Shown here piece after piece: positions 53,685-64,000 of a stretch of 64,000 nucleotides of DNA (positions within the stretch are counted from its first letter, which is position 1; every line of letters starts with the position of its first letter). Under the pieces are notes generated by a model. It searched no databases. It had not been told where the DNA came from and saw only the letters and a list, made by a program, of their open reading frames with translations. Both the position numbers and the translations under genes were made by a program. The stretch comes from a virus (lineage: Duplodnaviria > Caudoviricetes), in the IMG/VR virus record IMGVR_UViG_3300032030_000033, positions 1 to 64,000 of that record. The stretch is one strand, 5' to 3'.

Positions 53685-56600
53685 TTACATAATCTCTACA
53701 AGAGGTTTTCCAAAAGAAGTTTGAAGTCCCACAGTATTTTCTCCTAAGCTTCTTACAATACTTTCAAACCCGTTTTTAAAAGAGACTTGAAGATCCGTAA
53801 CAGCAGAAGAAGCTTGTTTTGCAATGCCTTCAATAAATCCATTTTCAAAAGAAGTTTGAAGAGCTACAACAGCGAAAGAAGCTTGTTTTGCAATGCCTTC
53901 AATAAATCCATTTTCAAAAGAAGCTTGAAAACCTCTAATATAAGGTATAACTTGATTTACAACACCTTCAACAAGTCCATCTTCAAATCTACTAAATAAA
54001 CTAAATCTATTAAACAAGACAGCCAAACAACTTTTCTCAACCCTTGTTTCCTTTTTAACACTAACGCCACCAAAAGAAATTTTAAATGTTTTAAAAACTT
54101 TTAAGTAATTAGAGAAAACTTCTTCAAAGAGTATATTGCCTTCTTTTGCAAAAACGGCGCTAATTTTATTAAAAATTACTTTAGCTTTACTAATACTATT
54201 TTCTATAGTAAAGTCTTTTAAAGACAGAGATTTTATTATAGTTATAAAATTATTAGAAATTAGCCCTACAAGTCTAAAATGTTTAAAAGAAATAGAATTG
54301 GTAGTTATTGCAATAACAGGTTTTACACATGTGGAAATTAACCTCCAACTTTCAAAAGGAGTCTGAATAGAAACAGTAACATCGCTGTATCCAAAGCTTA
54401 AAATTCTCTGAAAGAACGACTCAAATGCAATCATTGAAGCAATGCTTATTTTTGAAGCAAAAGAAGACACTAAGTTTTTTAAGTTTTTAGCATATGTGCC
54501 TTTTAAAGCAAAAAGGTCGTCAAAGCTAAAATCTATATTTTGCTTAAATAAAGCATTTTTTATATTTCGAACTAAGCTAACGGCTGGATTTACAAAACTA
54601 TATATTTTTTGTTTTATACCAAGTGGTTTAATAGTTTTAAGAACATATTTAAGCGATTTACTAACTTTTGCTGTAAACCTATAAGCTGCTCGTTTTATTT
54701 CCCTTCCAATGCTTATATTAGATTTTTTAATACGACTTCTAAGATTAAAATTAGTAATCTTAATACTCTTTGCTAATCTAACAAAACTATCGCGTATTGT
54801 TGGTATTATTATAACAGCTTTACCCTTAATGCTTCTATTAATGTTTAATATTGCTTTATTAACAACATTTTTAAAAGTATTATTGCTAAGTTTAATAGTT
54901 CTTGCAATGCGATTAAAAGCTCTATCAAGATCAAAGTTTATGTTTATATGTTTTTCAAAAGTATTTAAACCCTTAAATACTTTTGAAGTTTTAAATTTAC
55001 TAATAAATCTAAAGCTTTGTCTTGCTACAAAGCGTAGTTTTTTAACAAGCATTTTTGTCACTTTGTTAATTTTCGTATTGCTTCCAGAATTTATAAGTTT
55101 TGAAACAAATACAGTCGAACGATTAAACAATGATGTTGCCAGTAGGCTTAAGAGTTTTACTTTACGATAAATAATTGTATATAAAAGAGTTACTGATTTA
55201 ACGTTGGCTGCATGAATATTTTTACATTTTAATACAACATTGCCATCTTTATCAGTGTAGATTTCACATCCGTAATCTTTTAGTATTATATTATCGTTAA
55301 AATCGACTGGATTATTAGAGCTATCTAATTCTGTTGCTGGGTGAACGTTGATAATATTTTCATCAATGTTTTTTATTTTTTCTACATTGTCTAATTTAAA
55401 TTCTGCTCCAACTACACCCTCATCAATTAGCAGCATACCTTTTTGGTGCTCAGAAAACTCAACTTCTTTACCGTTCTTTATTATTATTGGGAGTTTGTTT
55501 TTTGAAAATTTTTGTAAATCATCTGTATAAACAGCTTTTTCTTTTTTTCCAGAAACATATTTATTATATTTTTCTTCGTCAATTATTTCTATCTTTTCAT
55601 AGAAGTTGTTTTTACTAGGGTCTATACCTTTATCCAACTCTTTTGTATTAACTAATTGAGTACATTCCTCATCATAATAATACTTCTTTAAAAGGTCTAA
55701 GTGAGTATCTTCTGTTGCAATAACCTCAGTTTTTAAGAAATAAGAGTTTGTTACATTAGAGTTAATTAATCTATCATCTCCAAAAGATATATATTCAGTT
55801 GCATTGTTATATTCATCTTTTTCAATCCAATCTAATGATTTTGGAACAGAGATGTAGTTATCTATAAACTCTTCTCTAAGAGATTTAATGTTTAAATAGC
55901 CATAAACATTTTCGATTTCGCCAGGCATATTAAACTCTTCAAGTTCTTCTTGTGGTATATTTTTGAAGTTTGTATTATCAACAACTGTAAGCCTTATAAG
56001 AGCACCATCTTTAAGTCTGTTGATGTATTCATCACCACTTAGCAAATCAATTTTGTTGCCATTTTTGTCAATTGGATTACCATATTCATCTGTAATAGGC
56101 TTTTTGTTTATGTCTAAAACTTCTATATCTATTTTTTCGAAATCCTTTAAAAGAAAATGGCTATATTTTTGCCAAGAAGTTAATTCGTTTTTCCTTGTAT
56201 AATCAAAAGCGGTAAAGAAAACTGGCCTAATACAAGTAAAGATTTTTTTGTATTCTTGTTCTATTGTTTTTTTAAGTTCCTCTCTCGCAGCTTGACTATT
56301 TAATTTATCAAGTGTTTCTTTTTTAAAGTATCTATTAAAATCAAAGCCAATACTTCTAATGAGCAAAACTCTATCTATAAAGAACGAAACTGAAACATTC
56401 TTCTCTTCATCGTAGTTTACATTTATTTTTTCAAATTTCAACTTTAAAGAGCTTATAGAACTACCATTATTTTCATAAGAGCTTAACAGTGTTGATGGGA
56501 ACTTTAATGTTCCAGCACGTCCATCAAGTGTATCAGTTAGTTTTGGATATAAGAAGCTTGGACGCTTTCCAACAGTTTCCATTTGAAGTGGTAAAACGTC

Positions 56601-59600
56601 TTTTATTTCTGATTCTCTATATAATTTAACAAGCTTGTTATAATAGTATTGTTTTAAATAATCTTCTAGATCTTTTTTGTTAATTACGCCATTTACATAA
56701 TTAGTAGCATAATTTTTCAAATAATCATAAAGATTAGAAAACTCAGAATAAATATCAGCATGCTTATCGTAATAATCTTTTGAATAATTATTTAAACCAT
56801 AATTTAGTCTATAAGCGATAAAGTAATTATATTTACTATCTCTTGTTAAATAAAAATTTATATCTGGTGTTGAAATTTTTCCAGAGTTGTAAACTTCTGT
56901 TATTTTTTGGAAGTTTCCGTTTAAACTATAAGAGTCATCTCCTAAAAGTTCAGAGTCTAAGTCAAAAATTATGTTTTCTTTATGCTCTTCTTTTAGTTTT
57001 TTAACGGCTGTATTTATCAAACCGATAAATGTTGTTTTCTCTCTAAAACTTGTGTTGTTGTCAACAGAAGATGTTAGTGGATTTTTTAAGAAATCTTCAT
57101 TTAATCTTTCTTCGTGAGATTTATTAGCAGTTCTCCAGTTTTGTATAAAAGAGTAATAAATTCTGTTTTTAGAGATGTTATCAATTGTATCTTTAATTGA
57201 CAGCATTGCTAAATTATAATACTTCTTTATTTTTTCAGCTTCTTCGTTTGAAATTGTATCTTGTATGTTCGCATCCCTTACAAGTGTTTCTGGCAAGTTT
57301 TCTTTTCTTAAATCGCCTTGAACTATAATTTTGTAATAATCATTAAAGAATGTTTCAAATGAAGAATAGTAATCAAGAGATCTGTTTTTCTCATCTATGT
57401 CTGATGTAGTTTTTGTTCCGTGTGTAAACTCATCTGGGAATTGATAACCTTTTGTCGACAATACCAAATGCTCAAAACATTCTTCTATTGAAGATAAAAG
57501 ACCAGTACGGAAATTATTTTCTCCATATTTCCAATTTAATTTTTCAAAATAAGAGAAGTTATCAATTGTATTTTTTGCTATTTCTGCAATAATTTTACTT
57601 CCCAAACTACCGTTTTTATCAAAAGTCAAATCAGTAGAATATTTAATAGGTCTTGAGATTTTTGCATTTTTAAAGCCTAGTTCTTCCCAATCTATTATAT
57701 GTTCGCTGTTATATAATATAAAGTCTTCACTATCGGCTTCTTCATCATAGCCTTCCCAAGCTTTATCATAATCATATATTACTGCTGTTGGGTAAGCACT
57801 TCTGTTTTTATATTCAATTTTTAAATTTCCAAAGAAGTTATCATAAGGCTTTATACTATTAAGAGTAGCGCCAGTCATTATGTATAATTTTTCATCAGCA
57901 ATAGAATATATCAAACAGCCAGCTTTTCTTTTTGTGTAGTTCCAAACGTAAAGACCGTTTTCTCTTACATCACCATTTATAAAAAACTCAGCGTTTACAA
58001 ATTTTTCTTCTTGATGTTCATTGAAGTATTCAGTAGCTTCCCAAATTGAAGAGAATATGTGGTTTCGTGTTCCATAATTGTATCTAACAGCATTTGTTTC
58101 TGCAGCTACTTTAACAGGTGAATAGTATGAGTTTTCAGAAGAAACATAATAAAGAATTCTTTCTACATAATCAAGGTCGCCGTAGTCATTCTTCATTTTC
58201 TCAAATCTTTTATTCATATGTTCTTCTGCTTCTGCATATGAAGAGAATGTAGTATAATTACTATTTAATGAAACTATTTCTTGTCTTGAGCCATCATATA
58301 CTTTTTCAAGTTTGTAGTTAAAACTATTTACATATTCTTGATAAACTGTTTCATAATTACTTAATGATTTTACTGGATGTTTATAGCCACCAAATCTAAA
58401 TAAGTATAAAGTTCCATGTAGTTTGCTTCCGCTATAAGCAACATAGTATTTTCCATATTCAAGTGTTTCACTAATTTTTTTATTCTTGTAGTAAGAATAT
58501 ATTGTTTCATATTGTGGAACTTCGTTATATATATTGTTTATATTACTTATATTAGATATATCATAGCCATTAAACTCCTTAGAGGCTAAAACCAATGTAG
58601 GTATTTTTTCACTAGGTCCATAGTTTATGCTTTGAACAATGGTAAGTGTTCTTGGCATAACCTTTTCGTATTTTAATTCCGAGAAAGAAGGAGAGCTTTC
58701 TATAAAATCGTTTAGGCTTTCTTCTGTAACAAAATCAACCTCTTTATAAAAGCCAGCCATTTTTATTTGGTTTTTAACGCAATCTTCTCCGCCATTACCA
58801 TCTCCACCTGTGAGATTTACTATTGGAGTGTTTTTATACCATTTATTTGTTAACTCTAAAAAGTGTTCTGTTCCAACGTGTGGCGGAACTGTAAAATAAG
58901 GAGTTATTAATACTCCTGGGCTATTATAAGAAAAAACACTAAGATAGCTATGTTCATAAACTATATAGTATTTTAATCTCTTTGAGTTTAAATAGTTTGT
59001 TCCAGTTCCCCCAGTTAGGTATTTATTCAAAGAGGCGTTTACAATTTTTGAATCTAGTGGTAATCTAAAATCATTACCGCCAATAGAGTTTTTGAAAACC
59101 TCCGTTTCGCCATTGTCATGAATTTTTATTTTGTTTCCATCTGAGTCGTAAGCAACAAAATCATTTTCAAAAGCTTTATCCCAGTCTTCACCATCAAGCA
59201 TTTCGAAACCATTATAGTTTCCATAAACGTCTGGCTTTTTGCTACCATCACCATCAAAGCCAATACCTTCAGATTCTTTTGTTTCGTAAAGGTTAACCTT
59301 TATATCCTTCATTACAAAAGAAGGAGTAAGCAAACTTAGGTATTTTGTTATTGCTGCTAGTTGCTCTTCTGATGGGTTTTGGTTATCCATAGAAAGATGA
59401 TAATATATAAGATTTGTTTTAAAGTATTTATAAACTTTGTTTTTATATTCTTCTCCGTTTTTATCAAGCACCGAGTATCCAAGAACAGCCTCGATACCAT
59501 ATTTTTTTACAAGCTCTTCAAATTCTAAAAGCGAATATTGAGAAGTTATATCTGATGGCTTTACGATTTCATTAATACCAATATCTTTAAGAGTATTATT

Positions 59601-60431
59601 AACTGGATTTTGGGTTGTTAGATAGTATTCATATTCTTCATTGTTACTGTTTTGTGTTTCTACGTTTCCATTTTTTGTATTATAGTAGAATCTTCTGTCA
59701 AAATAGTATTCATTAATACTTATATTAAAGCCCATAAAATTAAAGAACAACTCAAAAGAATAATTAGTTCCTTTAATTCTATAAATGTCTATAATGTTTT
59801 TTACAAGCTCTCTATATTTTAATTCATCTTTATCACTTGCGTTTATAGTTGCTTTTTCAAAGCCAAGAAGCTGAGAAAGATAGTTTATTAACTGCCAAGG
59901 GATTTTGTCAAAATCCATATATTCACAGCATTTTCCGATTATGATATCTAATTTATCAAATTCTTTCATCATTGCATCATAAAATGCAGAACCAGCTGGG
60001 TCTTTGCTAAGCATAACAAAGTCGTTATCTGGCATGAACGTATTTTTATTATTTTGAAAAAAAGAAGATACATAACAATACTTATAAGTATACATCAGCT
60101 GCTTATAGGCATCAATTGAAAACTTTTCATATTCTTCCCCAAAGGCATCGGCCAATTCTTGAAAGGCAACCTTGTTAATAACAAGCAAAGAAATCTCGGT
60201 AGATTTGATAGTCTCTGAGTTTTCCAAAAGAATTTCCGATACTCTCAAAAGAACATCTGAGTTATGTAGCTGTATTTCCAAATTTATTTTTTCTACATAA
60301 GAAGGATCGTATTGTTCATAATAGCTTTCTTTTGTTTTTAAATAGCCATATTTTTTTAATTTGTTTATAAGATCATTATTGTTGCTAATTGTGTTATATA
60401 CTTCAACAACTTTTGGTTCTATAAAAATCAT
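53685..60431 (-). CDS. Very large baseplate wedge protein (P2 gpI / T4 gp7-like N-terminal domain)
   Basis: DFDKIPWQLINYLSQLLG...YRELVKNIIDIYRIKGT..FELFFNFMG..I.EY motif; follows the gpJ/gp6-like gene. Confidence 0.7.
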   Translation of the reverse strand: MIFIEPKVVEVYNTISNNNDLINKLKKYGYLKTKESYYEQYDPSYVEKINLEIQLHNSDVLLRVSEILLENSETIKSTEISLLVINKVAFQELADAFGEEYEKFSIDAYKQLMYTYKYCYVSSFFQNNKNTFMPDNDFVMLSKDPAGSAFYDAMMKEFDKLDIIIGKCCEYMDFDKIPWQLINYLSQLLGFEKATINASDKDELKYRELVKNIIDIYRIKGTNYSFELFFNFMGFNISINEYYFDRRFYYNTKNGNVETQNSNNEEYEYYLTTQNPVNNTLKDIGINEIVKPSDITSQYSLLEFEELVKKYGIEAVLGYSVLDKNGEEYKNKVYKYFKTNLIYYHLSMDNQNPSEEQLAAITKYLSLLTPSFVMKDIKVNLYETKESEGIGFDGDGSKKPDVYGNYNGFEMLDGEDWDKAFENDFVAYDSDGNKIKIHDNGETEVFKNSIGGNDFRLPLDSKIVNASLNKYLTGGTGTNYLNSKRLKYYIVYEHSYLSVFSYNSPGVLITPYFTVPPHVGTEHFLELTNKWYKNTPIVNLTGGDGNGGEDCVKNQIKMAGFYKEVDFVTEESLNDFIESSPSFSELKYEKVMPRTLTIVQSINYGPSEKIPTLVLASKEFNGYDISNISNINNIYNEVPQYETIYSYYKNKKISETLEYGKYYVAYSGSKLHGTLYLFRFGGYKHPVKSLSNYETVYQEYVNSFNYKLEKVYDGSRQEIVSLNSNYTTFSSYAEAEEHMNKRFEKMKNDYGDLDYVERILYYVSSENSYYSPVKVAAETNAVRYNYGTRNHIFSSIWEATEYFNEHQEEKFVNAEFFINGDVRENGLYVWNYTKRKAGCLIYSIADEKLYIMTGATLNSIKPYDNFFGNLKIEYKNRSAYPTAVIYDYDKAWEGYDEEADSEDFILYNSEHIIDWEELGFKNAKISRPIKYSTDLTFDKNGSLGSKIIAEIAKNTIDNFSYFEKLNWKYGENNFRTGLLSSIEECFEHLVLSTKGYQFPDEFTHGTKTTSDIDEKNRSLDYYSSFETFFNDYYKIIVQGDLRKENLPETLVRDANIQDTISNEEAEKIKKYYNLAMLSIKDTIDNISKNRIYYSFIQNWRTANKSHEERLNEDFLKNPLTSSVDNNTSFREKTTFIGLINTAVKKLKEEHKENIIFDLDSELLGDDSYSLNGNFQKITEVYNSGKISTPDINFYLTRDSKYNYFIAYRLNYGLNNYSKDYYDKHADIYSEFSNLYDYLKNYATNYVNGVINKKDLEDYLKQYYYNKLVKLYRESEIKDVLPLQMETVGKRPSFLYPKLTDTLDGRAGTLKFPSTLLSSYENNGSSISSLKLKFEKINVNYDEEKNVSVSFFIDRVLLIRSIGFDFNRYFKKETLDKLNSQAAREELKKTIEQEYKKIFTCIRPVFFTAFDYTRKNELTSWQKYSHFLLKDFEKIDIEVLDINKKPITDEYGNPIDKNGNKIDLLSGDEYINRLKDGALIRLTVVDNTNFKNIPQEELEEFNMPGEIENVYGYLNIKSLREEFIDNYISVPKSLDWIEKDEYNNATEYISFGDDRLINSNVTNSYFLKTEVIATEDTHLDLLKKYYYDEECTQLVNTKELDKGIDPSKNNFYEKIEIIDEEKYNKYVSGKKEKAVYTDDLQKFSKNKLPIIIKNGKEVEFSEHQKGMLLIDEGVVGAEFKLDNVEKIKNIDENIINVHPATELDSSNNPVDFNDNIILKDYGCEIYTDKDGNVVLKCKNIHAANVKSVTLLYTIIYRKVKLLSLLATSLFNRSTVFVSKLINSGSNTKINKVTKMLVKKLRFVARQSFRFISKFKTSKVFKGLNTFEKHININFDLDRAFNRIARTIKLSNNTFKNVVNKAILNINRSIKGKAVIIIPTIRDSFVRLAKSIKITNFNLRSRIKKSNISIGREIKRAAYRFTAKVSKSLKYVLKTIKPLGIKQKIYSFVNPAVSLVRNIKNALFKQNIDFSFDDLFALKGTYAKNLKNLVSSFASKISIASMIAFESFFQRILSFGYSDVTVSIQTPFESWRLISTCVKPVIAITTNSISFKHFRLVGLISNNFITIIKSLSLKDFTIENSISKAKVIFNKISAVFAKEGNILFEEVFSNYLKVFKTFKISFGGVSVKKETRVEKSCLAVLFNRFSLFSRFEDGLVEGVVNQVIPYIRGFQASFENGFIEGIAKQASFAVVALQTSFENGFIEGIAKQASSAVTDLQVSFKNGFESIVRSLGENTVGLQTSFGKPLVEIM
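53790..53990. repeat. 69-bp (23-aa) tandem repeats at the C-terminus of the baseplate protein
   Basis: gcttgttttgcaatgccttcaataaatccattttcaaaagaag at 53812 and 53881 (SFENGFIEGIAKQAS). Confidence 0.8.
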
Positions 60432-60454
60432 CTCTACTCCTGAAGAACTTATTA

Positions 60455-60461
60455 TTAACTT
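60455..60461 (-). promoter_or_regulatory. Putative late promoter AAGTTAA for large baseplate gene
   Basis: Intergenic, followed by AGGAG SD. Confidence 0.7.
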
Positions 60462-60477
60462 TCAAGAGTAGAAACTA

Positions 60478-63400
60478 TTATAAAATCTCAAACTTTAAAA
60501 TTTTCCCGTGCTGATCGCTTATATCTTCATGAAGACATAGAACTTCGTAAAAATCAGCCTGAATAGTATCAGTGTTTGCTCCTTTTAAAAAGTCATATCC
60601 AAAGTATGTAATTTTACAATCTTCAACACCATTACAATTCATTATCTCTTTTAAGATTTTTGCTCTTGACATACCACCAGCTATTTCTGCTTTTTCCAGA
60701 GAACAAATGTTATCTATAGCTTTTCTTACAGCGGTAGAAACTTCTGTTTCTGAGAAGTTGGCATTATAATAAATAGTTGCTGCTATATCGTAAGTTTTAA
60801 AATAAGGTTTTAAGAAAACTATATCCGTTCCAGAAATCTTATAGTTCTTCATATAGTTTTGAAGCATTTGTTCATCAGTTTCTTTTATTTTTCCTGTTGA
60901 ATCAAAATCATAAGTTTTGTCATTTATAAAATGAATATAAAACTCTTTATCTGGGAATAATGAGTTTGGAGTTTTATTTAAATAGAATGTGTAGTATGAT
61001 AAATTTCCTGCACTTCTTTTTGAAGTAGTGATATAATAATCTGGCTCTCTTGAAACATCATCGATAAGTTTTCTGTATCTTAAAACTATTGGCTTTTCTC
61101 TTTTTGGAGCATAATAGTATTCTGTTTCATCAATTTTAACAACTCTATCTTCGCCAACAAGGTCAACAGGATAAGTTTTATAAAACTCAGAATTTGTAAT
61201 GTTTGTTCCAAGCAATGCTTTATACATATCAAAAACTTCAACTTCACTAGTGTTTTCAGGGAAATAGAAAGTTATATTTCCATTTGTTGTTTTGTCTAAA
61301 TTTTGAAGTAAGAATTGATTAAGATGATAAGGGCTATCTCTCATAATAGTATCTGCGTTTTTAGTTAAGGCATCTACTAAATCGCTCCTATTTTTAATTG
61401 CAAATCTAATTTTTCTTGAAATCTCTTTACCGTTTTTACTTCCGTATAAATCAATCTTAAAGCTTTCAGCTTCTGTCATATCATCTATACTAAACTGGAA
61501 TAATGTATGAGAATTATTTAAAGGATAATTTGTTATATCATAAGAGCTTAATACTATCTCTTTACAAGGTATTATATCTATATCAGATTCAATCTTATAA
61601 ATAGAGTTTGTATTTTGCTGATTTAGTGTAAACTTTATATTTAAATCTGATTTGTATTCATCCAGATTATAAACTTTTGTTCCATCATCTAGAGTGCTAC
61701 AATTAATGTATTGTCCCTCTATACCAACAATATCTTCTTTTAGTTCTTCATCATCTCCATTATAATAAAAGTTTTCATATACAGAACCGAGTTTTAATAC
61801 ATCAGAAGATGCTAATTTAAACTGTCCAAATACATTTTGGAAGTCATAATTATTATAAATACAAGAGTTTTCAAATACTAAGCTACCACCAAACAAATCA
61901 CCAAGTGATGTTTCGTTTGAGTTGTCAACAACATAAGTTCTCAAAGCATTATTCTTTTGAAGCTTTATTTTCTTTACACCATAGGCTTTATATGAATACC
62001 CAGAGTTATTAAAATAAACTCCTAATATATTATTCATAAAGTCAGTTCCGTAGTCTTCTTTTTTAAAGAATATAGAAGAAGAGGAACCAGTAATTGGTGA
62101 TTTCAAACAGAAATAACCAATACCCTGAGAAGTATCTGTCATTAATATACTTGCCAAGTTTTCGTATTTTGCTGCCTGTAAAGGTTCTGGCAATAAGTTT
62201 TTAGTGTTTGTGTTATAATCGTAATCTCCAAGTATTGAATGTATAAAGCCTTTATATTCTGTATGTGTAGAGTTATCTTCAGTAATACCAATTGGATCCG
62301 AAATGTTAATTACATTTTTTAATTTGTGAGTAATGTTTAAATTATCTACATAACTATAATTTGTTAATTCTGAAGAGTCTGTTGTTTTTATAATTAAATC
62401 ATAAGAACTATAAACGCTTCTTCTGTTATCACTATTTTCAACATCAGTGTCGTGATGCAAAACTTCTACAATGTCTGCCTTGTAATTAGCTAATGGAGTT
62501 CCTTCTATTGGCTTGAATACGCCATTTTCTACAACTCTTAAATTACAACCATTGTGTGCAAATGTGTAATTTAGTAAATCTTTTACACCAAGTCCTGAAT
62601 TCCAAGCGTAGTTATCATTTACATAGCCATATAAAGCCGACTGAGCTTCACTAAGAGTTGTTCCACTTAACGTAAAAGCATAAGTTTTATCATTAACATT
62701 TAATATAACATTATGGTTTAATTGATTTAAACTAGTAATTATAGAATCGTTTGCAGATAAGTTTAAACCAAAATACTGGAAAGAACAGTGCTCGTTATAT
62801 AAATCATAATCAACTCCACCATCAACCATTAATGCAGCTATTTGCTTGTTTATTAATTCTACTATACCATTTCTAAGGTTAGCGGCTTCTCTTGTTGCAT
62901 TACTTCCATAGTTGGCTTTTGGATCTACAACTCCTTGATTTGTCCAAAGAACATAAAATGGACCTTCAAAATCCTCGTCTTTTTCAACCCACAAATCTAT
63001 CTCTAGTTTTGTTTTATTATCTAGATATACATTAATATATTGTCCAGAACTTATATCTATTGGAGTAGTTATATTAAAACTATTTTTTGAAATAAATCTT
63101 GCGTTATCATCACAAGCAAGGTAATAGTTATCCATAGATATATAAGCTTTCTTACCTTCTGCGGAGTCTTTTGGATAAATTAAATCAAATGAAACATTTG
63201 CAAAAAACTGTTCTTGAGTTTCGCTTGTTGTAAGTTTTAATTTTAAGTTTTTATTTTCCTCACCATCCGATGTAAACAAACTATTGTTAAATAAATCACT
63301 AAGTGTTATAACAGTTGCGTTTCTATAAACATCTGTATTTGCGTTTTTATTTACAACGTGGTAGTTATAATATGTTTCTCCAAGGCTTGCATTGTAGTTG

Positions 63401-64000
63401 TATGTTGCTGAGTCAAAAACATATTTCTCATTAATTCTTGGTTCTTTTATTAATGTCACCCAAGGGAAATAATTATATTTTGAAGTTGGAACATTCTTCC
63501 AGTTTTTGTTAAGCATAACAAAACTAAAACTTTCCTGTGGGTTAATCCATCTACCATAATAGTTTTTCCAGTTGTCTGGCTGGTTAGAAGAAGTATATGT
63601 TTTAGATTTAAAAATGTTAGGGTTTCTATTTAGAATAATGTTATAATCTTCTGGAGTTACAGCTCTTTCCATAGTTCTTATAGAAAGTGGACCATTCATA
63701 ACTGCTGAATCCAAACTTTCCGCAGCAGTTCCATCTGTTCCAAGATTATAGTTTCTTATTTTAACGCTATAATTATTTCCAGCCTTGTCTTTTAATGTAG
63801 CTTCAGCGTTTATAAAGTTTAAAGGAATGTTTCCAAGGTTTCCATTGGTTACTCTATAAAAAATACTTACAGTAGCACCAGCTGGCAAAAGTCTTGATTC
63901 TTTAATCATGTCTTTTTTTGGAAACCTAACATTATAGGTTTTATCTGTATTATATTCAATTATGTATGGAATACCATATTCTTCACTTAAAGCCTCTTTA
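60478..64000 (-). CDS. Baseplate wedge protein (T4 gp6 / gpJ-like), 5'-truncated by window edge
   Basis: YRVTNGNLGN, DGTAAESLDS...ERAVTPEDY, SRAKILKEIMNCNGV; frame stays open upstream of 63909 to the edge. Confidence 0.8.
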   Translation of the reverse strand, partial: KEALSEEYGIPYIIEYNTDKTYNVRFPKKDMIKESRLLPAGATVSIFYRVTNGNLGNIPLNFINAEATLKDKAGNNYSVKIRNYNLGTDGTAAESLDSAVMNGPLSIRTMERAVTPEDYNIILNRNPNIFKSKTYTSSNQPDNWKNYYGRWINPQESFSFVMLNKNWKNVPTSKYNYFPWVTLIKEPRINEKYVFDSATYNYNASLGETYYNYHVVNKNANTDVYRNATVITLSDLFNNSLFTSDGEENKNLKLKLTTSETQEQFFANVSFDLIYPKDSAEGKKAYISMDNYYLACDDNARFISKNSFNITTPIDISSGQYINVYLDNKTKLEIDLWVEKDEDFEGPFYVLWTNQGVVDPKANYGSNATREAANLRNGIVELINKQIAALMVDGGVDYDLYNEHCSFQYFGLNLSANDSIITSLNQLNHNVILNVNDKTYAFTLSGTTLSEAQSALYGYVNDNYAWNSGLGVKDLLNYTFAHNGCNLRVVENGVFKPIEGTPLANYKADIVEVLHHDTDVENSDNRRSVYSSYDLIIKTTDSSELTNYSYVDNLNITHKLKNVINISDPIGITEDNSTHTEYKGFIHSILGDYDYNTNTKNLLPEPLQAAKYENLASILMTDTSQGIGYFCLKSPITGSSSSIFFKKEDYGTDFMNNILGVYFNNSGYSYKAYGVKKIKLQKNNALRTYVVDNSNETSLGDLFGGSLVFENSCIYNNYDFQNVFGQFKLASSDVLKLGSVYENFYYNGDDEELKEDIVGIEGQYINCSTLDDGTKVYNLDEYKSDLNIKFTLNQQNTNSIYKIESDIDIIPCKEIVLSSYDITNYPLNNSHTLFQFSIDDMTEAESFKIDLYGSKNGKEISRKIRFAIKNRSDLVDALTKNADTIMRDSPYHLNQFLLQNLDKTTNGNITFYFPENTSEVEVFDMYKALLGTNITNSEFYKTYPVDLVGEDRVVKIDETEYYYAPKREKPIVLRYRKLIDDVSREPDYYITTSKRSAGNLSYYTFYLNKTPNSLFPDKEFYIHFINDKTYDFDSTGKIKETDEQMLQNYMKNYKISGTDIVFLKPYFKTYDIAATIYYNANFSETEVSTAVRKAIDNICSLEKAEIAGGMSRAKILKEIMNCNGVEDCKITYFGYDFLKGANTDTIQADFYEVLCLHEDISDQHGKILKFEIL

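Noticed and set aside
1-64000. Stop-codon reassignment (TAG or TGA recoding) as in some large phages
   Set aside because: Genes are long and tightly packed in the standard code; TAG (25805, 32898, 33497) and TGA (13396, 29529, 38436, 41378) fall at sensible gene ends

Overview
AT-rich (roughly 30% GC by eye), gene-dense segment of a large T4-like myovirus (probably a jumbo phage), translated with the standard code and almost entirely on the minus strand. It covers the virion morphogenesis region: baseplate wedge (truncated at the right edge), a 2248-aa baseplate protein, a ~2480-aa repeat-rich tail fibre, neck gp13/gp14/gp15-like genes, portal, large terminase, two gp2-like DNA end protectors and a gp55-like late sigma factor. 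It also has UvsW, ThyX, a DnaD-like HTH protein, a Zn-ribbon/PD-(D/E)xK homing endonuclease, three glycosyltransferases and two radical SAM enzymes. I saw no tRNA, rRNA or CRISPR array. The most notable unexplained structure is: (1) nine largely unrelated late proteins ending in the same [YFI]-F-[NGPD]-Y-stop tag, usually just after an (I/L/V)-x-E protease-type site, and complementary to a second set carrying T4-CTS-like N-terminal tags, which suggests a capsid cargo-addressing system for injected effectors; (2) a 25-copy AAGTTAA late-promoter motif, exactly 4 nt before a leaderless ATG in 10 cases; (3) a 71-bp element present twice, 32 kb apart, whose 7-bp core is flipped between copies; (4) a nested spanin-like gene pair started from one Shine-Dalgarno in two frames. 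All functional calls come from motif recognition by eye, not database searches.
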